Assembly: GCA_964012435.1 (NCBI GenBank)
Contig: CAXGSM010000016.1
Location: 1-27,526, forward strand
DNA: 27,526 nucleotides
Direction of reading: 5' to 3'
DNA from: an uncultured bacterium
GTDB lineage: Bacteria; UBP7; UBA6624
Below the pieces are notes generated by a model that saw only the letters and a program-made list of their open reading frames with translations, was not told the DNA's origin and searched no databases. This document shows, in pieces, positions 26,575-27,526 of the stretch. Position 1 is the first letter of the stretch; every line of letters starts with the position of its first letter. The position numbers and the translations under genes were made by a program.

Positions 26575-27524
26575 AAAAGCGGTCCAGTTGCCATTAAGCC
26601 TGGGTGTTGAAGCAGCTCTTTGATCCTGCATAAAAACCTAACAGCCAAAACGCCATCTACCATTCTGTGGTCACTTGACAAAGATACATAGACCATTGGC
26701 TTGATAACAATGTTTCCGTTTTCGACAACTGCCCTTTCTTTCACTGTGTGAATACCTAATATAGCGGCTTCCGGTTGGTTGATGATAGGTGCTGAAAACA
26801 GTGGGCCTCCAAACATGCCTGCATTAGTTATTGTGAATGTTCCACCTGTAATATCCTGCATTGTTAACTTGTTTTCTTGAGCAGCAGTAGACAGTCTGGT
26901 TATTTCAGTTGCAAGATTTTCAATATTTAAAAGGTCAGCATTCTTGATAACGGGTACTATCAAGCTCTCCCCTACGCTAGCTGCCATTCCTATGTTTCTA
27001 TAATTTTTAGTTATCAAAGTATCTTTCTCTAGAGAAACATTCATGCGTGGAAAATCTTTAAGCGCTTGTGCTGCAACCCTGACAAAAAAACTCATTAAGG
27101 TTAACCTGATTCCGCTTTCTTTCATTTTTGATTTTAAATTTTTATATATAGCCAGTGTTTCGGTCATATCAACTTCATCAACAATTAAAAAATGCGGACT
27201 AGTGGACATTGAATGAACCATGTGTTTTGCCATAACGGCCATAGAGCTGCTAACGGGGCTTCTTGACTCAGTATTGTCGGGTTCTAAGTTCAAACCTGTC
27301 GACTTAATTGGTTTTTTGAATGCTAAAACATCAGCCATCTGGATCCTTCCGTGGGTGCCAGTACCCTTGATGTCGCCCAGATTGATGTCATTTTCATTTG
27401 CATACCTTCTAACAGCTGGACTTGTTTTGAGGGTTTGAGGGTTTGCGCTTTTGTGTTTAATGTCAACACTTGTTTTAACGGGTTCGGGTGTCGGTTCGGG
27501 TGTCGGTTCGGGTGTCGGTTCGGG
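26571..27524 (-). CDS. 2-oxoacid dehydrogenase E2, dihydrolipoamide acyltransferase (5' truncated)
   Basis: Frame open to the window end: PEPT linker, E3-binding domain SPAVRR...IKGTGTHGRIQMADV, and catalytic domain GGTFTITN, PIINQPE, DHRMVDG. Substrate specificity not assignable. Confidence 0.93.
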   Translation of the reverse strand, partial: PEPTPEPTPEPTPEPVKTSVDIKHKSANPQTLKTSPAVRRYANENDINLGDIKGTGTHGRIQMADVLAFKKPIKSTGLNLEPDNTESRSPVSSSMAVMAKHMVHSMSTSPHFLIVDEVDMTETLAIYKNLKSKMKESGIRLTLMSFFVRVAAQALKDFPRMNVSLEKDTLITKNYRNIGMAASVGESLIVPVIKNADLLNIENLATEITRLSTAAQENKLTMQDITGGTFTITNAGMFGGPLFSAPIINQPEAAILGIHTVKERAVVENGNIVIKPMVYVSLSSDHRMVDGVLAVRFLCRIKELLQHPGLMATGPLL

Positions 27525-27526
27525 TG
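27481..27526 (-). repeat. Perfect 12-bp tandem repeat (GGTTCGGGTGTC, ~3.8 copies) encoding the (PEPT)n E2 linker
   Basis: Read directly; the repeat runs to the last base of the window. Confidence 0.95.

Noticed and set aside
237..27438. Numerous short antisense or alternate-frame ORFs in the ORF track (e.g. 4096-4440, 7268-7645, 9411-9809, 15265-15705, 19610-19996)
   Set aside because: They lie within well-supported genes and show no recognisable motifs; treated as shadow ORFs.
27481..27526. Terminal repeat as a CRISPR array or mobile-element end
   Set aside because: Contiguous 12-bp units with no spacers, in frame within the E2 Pro/Glu/Thr linker.

Overview
AT-rich, very compact bacterial chromosomal segment (likely a contig end) with no rRNA, tRNA, CRISPR or mobile element that I can see. 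Left: peptide and histidine catabolism (partial M24 aminopeptidase, hutU, M32 carboxypeptidase, hutI), a lipoprotein, an ECF sigma / anti-sigma / RseB-like trio, a TolB-like lipoprotein, an APC permease fused to two USP domains and an AmpD-type amidase. Middle: a 954-aa multi-winged-helix protein, a glycerate kinase apparently lacking a canonical start codon, a Cse60-like small protein and rsmA. Right: tatC, tatA, lpdA and a partial 2-oxoacid dehydrogenase E2. The standout is a four-gene operon at 19201-24218 (minus strand) that looks like an Hdr/Flx electron-bifurcation module (HdrA-MvhD fusion, FlxC/FdhB-like, FlxB/AsrA-like, FlxA/AsrB-like). Its reading frames, motif spacing, ribosome-binding site and HdrA FAD-binding motifs are intact, but almost every Fe-S cysteine ligand has been replaced, suggesting an iron-sulfur-free, repurposed complex. 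All family assignments come from recognising motifs by eye; no database searches were run.
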